Part shown: piece by piece, positions 17,800 to 24,780 of the stretch | How positions within the stretch are numbered: the stretch's first letter is position 1 | How the letters are laid out: every line of letters starts with the position of its first letter | Virus record (IMG/VR): IMGVR_UViG_3300027250_000007 | Location: 1-43,003 of that record | Source: a virus | Taxonomy: Duplodnaviria > Caudoviricetes | Strand: one strand, 5' to 3' | DNA length: 43,003 nucleotides | Program-made: the position numbers and the translations under genes | Notes under the pieces: model-generated | The model's input: the letters and a program-made list of their open reading frames with translations, nothing else | What the model was told of the DNA's origin: nothing | Databases searched by the model: none

Positions 17800-18070
17800 T
17801 GCTTTTTATTATCTAGAGAATGCTAAAATCGATATCGACAATGCTATTAGTCCTTACGGACGAACGCTTCGTGGGCTTCTTACTGAGATTTATGATCTTG
17901 GTTATAGCGATGGCTCAGAACAATCAGTAGAAGAATGCGACTGTGATAACGTATTTGAAGAAGGCTATGATGAAGGTTATAACTCAGGTTATGATACAGG
18001 AAGCGATGAAGGCTACGAGCAGGGTTATGATGACGGTTACAATGCCTGCATTGACGAGTATGCCCTATGA
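17786..18070 (+). CDS. hypothetical protein with GYxxGY repeats
   Basis: EEGYDEGYNSGYDTGSDEGYEQGYDDGY. Confidence 0.7.
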   Translation: MNLNDAFYYLENAKIDIDNAISPYGRTLRGLLTEIYDLGYSDGSEQSVEECDCDNVFEEGYDEGYNSGYDTGSDEGYEQGYDDGYNACIDEYAL

Positions 18071-18429
18071 ATAATGTAATTCTCCAAAGGCTTAAAGAAG
18101 TTGCGGAGGACTCTGAACCTGTATCGAAGGTGCGGCTAGCCGCCGCTATATTATACAAGAACAAGATCGTAAGCATTGGTAGGAATCAGTATAAAACTCA
18201 TCCTATCATGCTTAGATTTTGTAAAAATCCGGAGGCTATTTATCTCCATGCTGAAGTTGATGCCATTAACCGAGCAAAAAAGATTTTAACTGTCTCTGAG
18301 CTTTCTAAAGCAACTCTTGTTGTTATTCGTATTAAAAGAGACGGTTCTTACGCTATGGCTAAGCCTTGTGAAGGCTGTCAAGATTGTATCAATCACCACA
18401 ACATCAAAAAGGTGTTCTACACACAATGA
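18067..18429 (+). CDS. cytidine/deoxycytidylate deaminase-like protein
   Basis: Zn motif HAE...PCEGC. Confidence 0.88.
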   Translation: MNNVILQRLKEVAEDSEPVSKVRLAAAILYKNKIVSIGRNQYKTHPIMLRFCKNPEAIYLHAEVDAINRAKKILTVSELSKATLVVIRIKRDGSYAMAKPCEGCQDCINHHNIKKVFYTQ

Positions 18430-18665
18430 TTATTGAGATTCACACAAGTAAAAACCCGCAATCAGATCAACATTTAATGCGAGAACTCTCTATGAATCTA
18501 AGCGTTCTATTTAATCTTCAGAACGCTCAAGAGGTTACTATCTCAACTGGCTATGGGGTCATTAAATCTAAGAAGGTAAATCTTCGTTATATAACAAAAT
18601 TTTACCCTTATGATGATATTGAGGGCGTATTGGAGAAAGAAAATGTACCTGATCATCGGTCGTGA
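18426..18665 (+). CDS. hypothetical protein
   Basis: ATG 18426 overlaps the deaminase stop. Confidence 0.6.
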   Translation: MIIEIHTSKNPQSDQHLMRELSMNLSVLFNLQNAQEVTISTGYGVIKSKKVNLRYITKFYPYDDIEGVLEKENVPDHRS

Positions 18666-18873
18666 TAATTGTACTTTTTGCGATAAAGCAAAAGCCCATA
18701 TGGAGCGAAATTCCTTAAAGTACATTTATAAAAACATCAGTAAGATGGATGATATTGAATATAAATTTTACGTTGATCTAGTTAAAGAGGATATCGGTAT
18801 GCGAACGCTCCCTGTTATTTTTAATTTAATCGGCGGATATGATCAATTAATTAATGGAAAAAATAATGAGTGA
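18643..18873 (+). CDS. glutaredoxin
   Basis: IIGRDNCTFCDKAK...RTLPVIF..IGGYDQL; GGAG RBS. Confidence 0.88.
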   Translation: MYLIIGRDNCTFCDKAKAHMERNSLKYIYKNISKMDDIEYKFYVDLVKEDIGMRTLPVIFNLIGGYDQLINGKNNE

Positions 18874-18950
18874 AAAAATTAGTATTGACGGTAGAACATA
18901 CTTCGTGGACGAAATGAATGAAGATCAAAAATTAAAGAATTCACCAGAAA

Positions 18951-19412
18951 ATGACTGAACAAAAACCTAAACGAAAAGTAGGTAGGCCACGAGCCGAACC
19001 TATTAATAAAGTACCTGACCTTAAAGAACAACGGCAAAACAAGCAAGAGAAGCTAGGTCCGAAACGATCAGCAGAGTTACTCTATAAAGAACTTACTTAT
19101 GTGACTAGTATTGGTGTTTACGGTATCGATGATTATACTAAAGCTTTAATTGATGAACTTTGGAAAGACCCAGAAAAGACAATCGTTGCTACGGATACAA
19201 ATCAGTCTAGACTGGATAATATCAACCGAGTGATTTCTCAACGGAGCTTCTCTATGTATCGCTGGGAGGCTGTCCCTTCTTCTGGATTCATTGAAGAACC
19301 CGTATGTGATGTGATTATTGCATCTAAAGATTGTTCTAAAGAATTAAAATCTCGACCAAACCCGTACGATACTCCTATTATTGTTATGGAAGATGTAAAT
19401 TATGCAGATTGA
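18951..19412 (+). CDS. hypothetical protein with AT-hook-like N-terminus and degenerate Rossmann-like domain
   Basis: KRKVGRPR; IGVYGIDDYTKALIDEL...IVATDTNQSRLDNI...CDVIIAS. Confidence 0.6.
   Translation: MTEQKPKRKVGRPRAEPINKVPDLKEQRQNKQEKLGPKRSAELLYKELTYVTSIGVYGIDDYTKALIDELWKDPEKTIVATDTNQSRLDNINRVISQRSFSMYRWEAVPSSGFIEEPVCDVIIASKDCSKELKSRPNPYDTPIIVMEDVNYAD
19009..19031 (+). promoter_or_regulatory. putative intragenic phage RNAP promoter P6
   Basis: AAGTACCTGACCTTAAA|GAACAA, full consensus match from -14 to +6. Confidence 0.7.
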
Positions 19413-19617
19413 GACCTTTATTTCCTATAATCAAAACTTAGGGTTTATTGATGTAGAATATGTTGGTATGGAGAAATCTCAGACAGAAGGTTTTTCAGAT
19501 ATTCTTGTAGTAAGGCATTCTGGTGTGGAAAGCAAATTACTCTGGGATGACTACAATAATTACTATTCAGGTTATATCGTTAAAAATGGCAAACAAATTG
19601 AAGGGTATGTAGTATAA
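19402..19617 (+). CDS. hypothetical protein
   Basis: Overlapping packed ORF. Confidence 0.65.
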   Translation: MQIETFISYNQNLGFIDVEYVGMEKSQTEGFSDILVVRHSGVESKLLWDDYNNYYSGYIVKNGKQIEGYVV

Positions 19618-19814
19618 TGTCAAACTATCGTGATGTAGAATACTTTGGGATTCTTGCAGATGATTCTAACTTCGAGGTTGTGTGTATGGATGAACGAGAT
19701 GACTTTATTTGGAAAAGCCGAGACCCAAAGAAAGACAAAACTTGGGAAGATGTAATTGATCGTCTTCTCGATATGTACGGGGAAATTCAAATTATAGAAG
19801 TCTCTGCTGTATAA
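19617..19814 (+). CDS. hypothetical protein
   Basis: TAATG overlap, AAGGG RBS. Confidence 0.7.
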   Translation: MSNYRDVEYFGILADDSNFEVVCMDERDDFIWKSRDPKKDKTWEDVIDRLLDMYGEIQIIEVSAV

Positions 19815-19820
19815 GATAAA

Positions 19821-19847
19821 GTCCTTAGCACGACAATAAACTGCTTA
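19821..19847 (+). ncRNA. small H-type pseudoknot candidate, copy B
   Basis: GTC-CTT-AGCA-C-GAC-AATAAAC-TGCT-TA: stem1 GTC/GAC, stem2 AGCA/TGCT; ends 2 nt before the tRNA. Confidence 0.45.
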
Positions 19848-19849
19848 AT

Positions 19850-19926
19850 GGTTCCTTAGCTCAATTGGATAGAGCAACTGCCTTCTAAGCAGTAGGTTAC
19901 AGGTTCGAGTCCTGTAGGGACCACCA
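19850..19926 (+). tRNA. tRNA-Arg(UCU)
   Basis: Acceptor GGTTCCT/AGGGACC, D-arm GCTC/GAGC, anticodon arm ACTGC-CTTCTAA-GCAGT, T-loop GGTTCGAGTCC, encoded CCA. Confidence 0.96.
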
Positions 19927-19953
19927 ATCATATTTTAATATTAGGAGTAATAA

Positions 19954-20316
19954 ATGGCGTATTGGGGTTATCATGCAATGTTCGATTGTGCAAATTGTGA
20001 CATTGAGAAAATTACGAGTAAAGAAAACGTATATAATTTTATTAAGGAACTTGTTCCTGCAATTGACATGATTTCGTTTGGAGAGCCTATGATTGAGCAC
20101 TTTGCTACTCATGCCCCAGATAAAGCAGGTATTAGTTTTATACAAATGATCGAGACATCAAATATTTCAGGTCATCTTGTAGATTCTAATGGTGATGGCT
20201 ACTTTGATATTTTCTCATGCAAACCGGTAGATATTGGAATTGCTCAGGAAATGATACAAAAGTATTTTAATCCGAAGAAAGTCCGTGTGAACTTTATTAC
20301 ACGTTCTGCTGGTTAA
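19954..20316 (+). CDS. speD: S-adenosylmethionine decarboxylase-like pyruvoyl proenzyme
   Basis: WGYHAMFD, GISFIQMIETSNISGH (self-cleavage region), YFDIFSCK. Confidence 0.85.
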   Translation: MAYWGYHAMFDCANCDIEKITSKENVYNFIKELVPAIDMISFGEPMIEHFATHAPDKAGISFIQMIETSNISGHLVDSNGDGYFDIFSCKPVDIGIAQEMIQKYFNPKKVRVNFITRSAG

Positions 20317-20385
20317 ACAAGCTCCCCCATGTAAAAGTGGGGGCTGCTTAAAATTTGAAATAGGTCAGCTATAGGAAAGATTAAC

Positions 20386-20574
20386 ATGAATTGGGTTACT
20401 CGTTATTGGAATTACTTGAAGACTTGGCGAGCACATCGTGAAGCTATTAAGCAACTTAATAGCCTTACAGATAATGAGCTAAAAGATATTGGTATTAGCC
20501 GATCTGATATCGATCGCCTTATATGGCTAGAAGAAGATAAAACAATGCGTGGGCGTGGTAAAGGAATGAACTAA
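20386..20574 (+). CDS. DUF1127 (YjiS-like) small protein
   Basis: WRAHREAIKQLNSLTDNELKDIGISRSDI. Confidence 0.9.
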   Translation: MNWVTRYWNYLKTWRAHREAIKQLNSLTDNELKDIGISRSDIDRLIWLEEDKTMRGRGKGMN

Positions 20575-20909
20575 TGACATTTGACCCAACACAAAACCGT
20601 AGTCCGGTAAAGCTCCTATCGTCAGAGGAATTTCAAACCCTTAAGGATTGGCCTCACGGGCATCAACTATGGTCTTTCGAAGAGGTATGGGTAGACGTGC
20701 CTCTACCAAAGTGGATTACTTCATGTATCTACCGTGGCAAGCCTGCTTCAGCCGTGGTGAGCAAGTGGTTCAATCTTTACCCGTGTGGACCGGGAGATGC
20801 CCACAATAGCAGAGAAACGGTTGACGAATACGCACTCGACAACCGAATTGGCGTCCTCCGCATTGACACAATTAACGATGTATCGACATGCCACTGGGAG
20901 GATTTGTGA
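20574..20909 (+). CDS. hypothetical protein
   Basis: AAAGGA RBS, TAATG overlap; GC-richer than neighbours. Confidence 0.7.
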   Translation: MTFDPTQNRSPVKLLSSEEFQTLKDWPHGHQLWSFEEVWVDVPLPKWITSCIYRGKPASAVVSKWFNLYPCGPGDAHNSRETVDEYALDNRIGVLRIDTINDVSTCHWEDL

Positions 20910-21042
20910 TGAGTTCAATGGTTGGGTAGCGGAAAGGACAGAAGGAGAGAAGGAATGACTGACATGATGATCACCCTGCTTGGTGATATGATCCACAAGA
21001 TGGTTGAGGATAACAAAGCAAATCAAACAGGAGATGTATGAT

Positions 21043-21213
21043 ATGCAAGGTAAAGAACATTTCGAGGACTGGTTCTATCAGACACGGAACGAGGAAAGGC
21101 CAGTAATTCACTTCGATAAGTTGGTGAGTGAGTATCATTCATCCATTGAACGGTGGCTAAGTTGGGCCTATGTAGCAGGCTACAAAAAGGGATTGGAGAG
21201 TAAAGATGAGTGA
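21043..21213 (+). CDS. hypothetical protein
   Basis: AGGAG RBS before ATG 21043, in the frame of ORF 21004..21213. Confidence 0.6.
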   Translation: MQGKEHFEDWFYQTRNEERPVIHFDKLVSEYHSSIERWLSWAYVAGYKKGLESKDE

Positions 21214-21499
21214 CTACAAACAAACTCGAGACGCAGCAGGTATCATCACCTCTCGCTTCTCTAACATGCTGAAGAACCTACAGGACGACTACGAGGAAGA
21301 GATTGTTGTCGTATCTCTGATGGGATATTACGAGATGTGCGCTAAGCCAGACAAGATCGATAATACCGTAGGTGAATACATTGACCCTGATGAAGACCTG
21401 CTCTGGGCTATTGAACGAGTACTTCAAGACTACATGTCCTCTAGAGATTTCAACGATTGGTTGATGACAAGATACGGGGGGAAGCGTGATGGAAAGTGA
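21206..21499 (+). CDS. hypothetical protein
   Basis: GGAG RBS; packed cluster. Confidence 0.7.
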   Translation: MSDYKQTRDAAGIITSRFSNMLKNLQDDYEEEIVVVSLMGYYEMCAKPDKIDNTVGEYIDPDEDLLWAIERVLQDYMSSRDFNDWLMTRYGGKRDGK

Positions 21500-21770
21500 T
21501 GATCTAATAAAACATTCTCTTCGCAAGCTACAAGAAGCACGCCCTGATGATATGCGACTTTTGTGTGAATCAGTTACGGAAAAGGCGGAATTGACTTTGG
21601 AAGATATTAAGCTAGAGACAGATGATATTGGTATCTGGTTACTAGTAGGAGACAAACAAGCTGGGCATGTGAGTTGGTACGAGATTACTAGACGTATCGA
21701 ACAGAAGCTACTCCAAGAGAAGTTTCTACTAGCCCTTGCTAAATTTGATGAGGAGGATGGATTGCTATGA
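21486..21770 (+). CDS. hypothetical protein
   Basis: Packed cluster. Confidence 0.65.
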   Translation: MMESDDLIKHSLRKLQEARPDDMRLLCESVTEKAELTLEDIKLETDDIGIWLLVGDKQAGHVSWYEITRRIEQKLLQEKFLLALAKFDEEDGLL

Positions 21771-22006
21771 ACGTACAAGAAACACTTATGGATGTACTAC
21801 AAACTAATGCTGCGGTAGAGATTATGAATGAGCTGGTCTTGGCTACACTAATTAGTTCTCGTGATACTTGTATTGAGGCACGGGATAAGCTACAAAGAAT
21901 CCAAAATACTCGTAAATTAAAACCACATGAAGAAGAAGACTGGAAATGTCTGATCTTTGACATTCATGCGTTGAATCGTGTAATTGACTATTACGGAGGT
22001 TCTTAA
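21767..22006 (+). CDS. hypothetical protein
   Basis: GAGGAGG RBS, ATGA overlap. Confidence 0.7.
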   Translation: MNVQETLMDVLQTNAAVEIMNELVLATLISSRDTCIEARDKLQRIQNTRKLKPHEEEDWKCLIFDIHALNRVIDYYGGS

Positions 22007-22330
22007 ATGTATACGCCCTACAATTGGGTAATTATTAAAATTAAAGGTGACGACCCACACTATCGTGTTCTTGCTGGCTGGTCTGGCGGGTACACTACCG
22101 GAGACTCTTGGCGGTTAAATAGTGGCATTACTCGACATGAGTTTGATGGTGACTATTGGTATTTTAAGGGTAGCACTGGAAATTGCTATAAGTGTTATGT
22201 TGATAGTTATGAGCTTAAAATGAACATTGCTCATATCTGGGCAAAACTACAAGAGCTACATGGTGATAAAGTTGAACTACTTGAAGACCAAGAGTGGACA
22301 AAAGAAGATTGGGATTGGATCATAAAATGA
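22007..22330 (+). CDS. conserved hypothetical phage protein
   Basis: GGAGG RBS; YRVLAGWSGGYTTGDSWRLNSGI. Confidence 0.8.
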   Translation: MYTPYNWVIIKIKGDDPHYRVLAGWSGGYTTGDSWRLNSGITRHEFDGDYWYFKGSTGNCYKCYVDSYELKMNIAHIWAKLQELHGDKVELLEDQEWTKEDWDWIIK

Positions 22331-22548
22331 GTCACTGGCACTATCAACTAATGTATCACAAGTATGATGAACCTGTTCTTGGTGAAGAAGGTTACTATGC
22401 TATCCATGAATACTACGAGATGGATGATGGTGGCGGTTGGACAGAGAACCCTGTAGACGTAACTGGTAATAGTATAGAAGACGTGAAGAAGTCACTTATG
22501 CTAATGCTACATGACCTAGAGAAGTATGGAATCAAGGAGTATAACTGA
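22327..22548 (+). CDS. hypothetical phage protein
   Basis: ATG 22327 overlaps the upstream stop; WHYQLM...YAIHEYY...WTENP. Confidence 0.7.
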   Translation: MSHWHYQLMYHKYDEPVLGEEGYYAIHEYYEMDDGGGWTENPVDVTGNSIEDVKKSLMLMLHDLEKYGIKEYN

Positions 22549-22832
22549 TGTCTCAATTTAAAGTTCTTTATAAGGCTATTCCTTGGCATTGTGATTGCTG
22601 TGGTAGTGGAGAACATGGCTCTTTAACTCTTTACGAGAAAATCTTTGATGATTTTCTTCCTATCTGGTCTGGTTCTTATAATGATCAGTTCGGTGGTGTT
22701 CTTCGTGAAGGAGATAAAGAAATCAAGGGAGTTTATGAGTCTTTTGATAATTTTGCCTCTGGGTTTAAAACAGCACTAGAGGCTCTTGGTCATACGGTAG
22801 AACTTTATGATGATGGAAGACTAGTGAAATGA
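22548..22832 (+). CDS. hypothetical protein
   Basis: AAGGAG RBS; CDCC motif. Confidence 0.7.
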   Translation: MSQFKVLYKAIPWHCDCCGSGEHGSLTLYEKIFDDFLPIWSGSYNDQFGGVLREGDKEIKGVYESFDNFASGFKTALEALGHTVELYDDGRLVK

Positions 22833-23125
22833 CTCATAATAAACAAGCAAGGGGGCGGTTAATTATCGAATTAGATACTGTCCGTAAACAGAGTAATAAT
22901 AGTGAGTATCGCTATGTTAATCGTGCTAGAGTTCTTAGCCATAACTTAGAAGAAGTAGGGGATGGGCGGATTATTGACAAAGTTGTAACTCAGTTACTGG
23001 AGTTGTATCCTGAAGGGGATATGATGCTGTATATTCAGCGAGAAGGTCGTAATTCGTTTAATCCCATGTTTCTTTCTGAGTGGTTTAAGAAAAAAGAACA
23101 ACCTGAAAACTTCAAAAGGACATAA
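22829..23125 (+). CDS. hypothetical protein
   Basis: ATGA overlap. Confidence 0.6.
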   Translation: MTHNKQARGRLIIELDTVRKQSNNSEYRYVNRARVLSHNLEEVGDGRIIDKVVTQLLELYPEGDMMLYIQREGRNSFNPMFLSEWFKKKEQPENFKRT

Positions 23126-23129
23126 ATAA

Positions 23130-23369
23130 ATGATCACTCAAGAAGATATTGATGCTATGAACGACAAGGCAGACTCTAAAGATATTTCAATTGAAGTAGT
23201 AGAAGTAAAAGAACATGAAGATGGTTCTGCTACTTATGTCTTTGATATGAACTCTAAGACCAGCCAAATAGTTGGAGAAATTGGTCTTAAGTTCTTGCTG
23301 TATGCAGGGATTATGAGCAAGTATCCTCAGAAGATCTTAGATGAACTTATGGAACAAATGAAACTTTAA
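23130..23369 (+). CDS. hypothetical protein
   Basis: AAAGGA RBS; MITQEDIDAM...EHEDGSAT. Confidence 0.7.
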   Translation: MITQEDIDAMNDKADSKDISIEVVEVKEHEDGSATYVFDMNSKTSQIVGEIGLKFLLYAGIMSKYPQKILDELMEQMKL

Positions 23370-23373
23370 TTTT

Positions 23374-23454
23374 ACCCCCTCTCGGTATCTCTGCTTACTT
23401 ATCCTTAATTGGATAGGTAGGTGGGGGTATCGAGAGGGGGTTATTTTTTTTTTT
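23374..23454 (+). terminator. very long intrinsic-terminator-like hairpin ending the early/middle region
   Basis: 31-bp stem 23374-23404/23411-23441 (24 Watson-Crick + 7 G-U), loop TTAATT, then TA and T11. Confidence 0.8.
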
Positions 23455-23476
23455 CTCATAGAAAGGAGGTGAGAGT

Positions 23477-23674
23477 ATGAATTACTTTTGGGTACTAGTT
23501 GCTATTATGATCAGTCCAAGTACAGGAGAACCTTTGTCTGGTACTGTTCAGACATTCCGTACAAAAGACGATTGCTATATTGTTCAGGAGATGATCAAGA
23601 AAAAGACTACTGAAGAAGGTACTATGGATAATAAAGCTATTATTTGTGTTCAGTCTAAACTTAACACTTTCTAG
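23477..23674 (+). CDS. small protein with hydrophobic N-terminus
   Basis: Perfect AAGGAGGT RBS. Confidence 0.75.
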   Translation: MNYFWVLVAIMISPSTGEPLSGTVQTFRTKDDCYIVQEMIKKKTTEEGTMDNKAIICVQSKLNTF

Positions 23675-23691
23675 TTATTTTTGGTTAGAAA

Positions 23692-23714
23692 AATTACCTG
23701 ACCTTTAAGAATAA
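23692..23714 (+). promoter_or_regulatory. putative phage RNAP promoter P7 (late/packaging region)
   Basis: AATTACCTGACCTTTAA|GAATAA. Confidence 0.75.
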
Positions 23715-23960
23715 CTTTGCTAGGCTCTGCCCTGAGAAGATATCCTAAAAGGACTTGCTACCGACATCTGAAAGCAATACTCCTCATGACCCCCGATGAT
23801 GTCACTGCTTAGATTCTCTTTTTCTAGAGACTCTCTTACGGGGGTCTTTAGGATATCTTCTCAGGGTATCTTAGTGTAAGCATTTATAAATGTTTTTGAT
23901 ATACACTAAGATAGTGGAAAATCATATAGCAAAATATTATGGAGAGTATCCTTGCTATAA
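23709..23960 (+). ncRNA. structured non-coding element (ncRNA, leader or DNA packaging signal)
   Basis: Perfect 20-bp IR 23730-49/23847-66, 12-bp IR 23867-78/23902-13, 8-bp IR 23925-32/23952-59; no ORF. Confidence 0.55.
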
Positions 23961-24075
23961 TAAATTATTATGACTAAAAATTGTTATTTTTCTTTAAGAT
24001 AACCCTTGGTTGATGTAGTTTGATGAAAAGTAAGATTTTTTAAAACAATTGATAGACAACATAAAGGAACACACG

Positions 24076-24483
24076 ATGGATGAAACTCCCCAAAAGAGAT
24101 CCCGTGGGCGTCCCAGATTACCGCCTAAACCACCTCGTGAGCCTAAGCTAAGGGGAGGGAAGCGTGAAGGTGCTGGTCGTCCGAAGGGTTCAATTAACAT
24201 TAACTCTATGGCATCAGTAAGACGTCTAGAAGAGCTAGACTTTGATCCTATTGAAATGATGGTAAGACAATATAAAGGCATTCAAAAGCTTCTTGATAGT
24301 GGTGAAGTAAAGATTGGTTCAGGTGCTCATGCACAAATGATTGCTACTCAAGGTCAATTGATTAACAACCTCATGGCTTATGGTTATAAGAAAATCCCAG
24401 ATAAAGTAGAAATTGCTGATCCTGATAAAAAGCCTATTGCTATTAAGCTTACATTTGACTCCACCAATAAAGAAGAAGGATAA
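24076..24483 (+). CDS. terS: putative terminase small subunit
   Basis: AAAGGA RBS; RGGKREGAGRPKGS..., FDPIEMM; two genes upstream of terL. Confidence 0.65.
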   Translation: MDETPQKRSRGRPRLPPKPPREPKLRGGKREGAGRPKGSININSMASVRRLEELDFDPIEMMVRQYKGIQKLLDSGEVKIGSGAHAQMIATQGQLINNLMAYGYKKIPDKVEIADPDKKPIAIKLTFDSTNKEEG

Positions 24484-24489
24484 ACTCCC

Positions 24490-24768
24490 ATGCCTATAAA
24501 CGAAGAAAGCTGGCACCTGTCTAAATCTGTCCCCCTTACACTCATCTTTGCTATTGTCATGCAAACGGTAGCTCTTGTATGGTATGTATCAAGCCTTGAT
24601 AGTGCTGTTACATCTAATACTAAGGAAATTCTTAGGAATGATGCTCGTATCGCAAATCTTGAAATGATTGTTCAGTCACAAGCTGTTACTCTTGGTCGTA
24701 TTGACGAAAATATAAAGTCAATTCGTGATAGTGTAGAAGCGATGATGAAGAGTAGATCAGGTAATTAA
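24490..24768 (+). CDS. membrane-anchored coiled-coil protein (holin-like)
   Basis: One N-terminal TM helix followed by a heptad-rich helix. Confidence 0.55.
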   Translation: MPINEESWHLSKSVPLTLIFAIVMQTVALVWYVSSLDSAVTSNTKEILRNDARIANLEMIVQSQAVTLGRIDENIKSIRDSVEAMMKSRSGN

Positions 24769-24780
24769 TAAAGAGATATT

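Noticed and set aside
17950-18045. GGNTAYGAN nucleotide repeats as a DNA repeat element
   Set aside because: Explained by GYxxGY protein repeats, which are common in small phage proteins.
18866-18958. 30-aa ORF MSEKISIDGRTYFVDEMNEDQKLKNSPEND
   Set aside because: Plausibly a real or truncated small gene, but too short to support without homology data.
20353-20375. Reverse-strand phage promoter (TATAGCTGACCT on the - strand)
   Set aside because: The upstream core matches, but the initiation region reads ATTTC instead of TAAAG; not counted.
23730-23775. Hammerhead ribozyme (CTGAGAAGA...TCCTAAAAGGAC)
   Set aside because: Lacks the exact CUGANGA and a GAAA directly after stem II; the segment is explained by the 20-bp inverted repeat.
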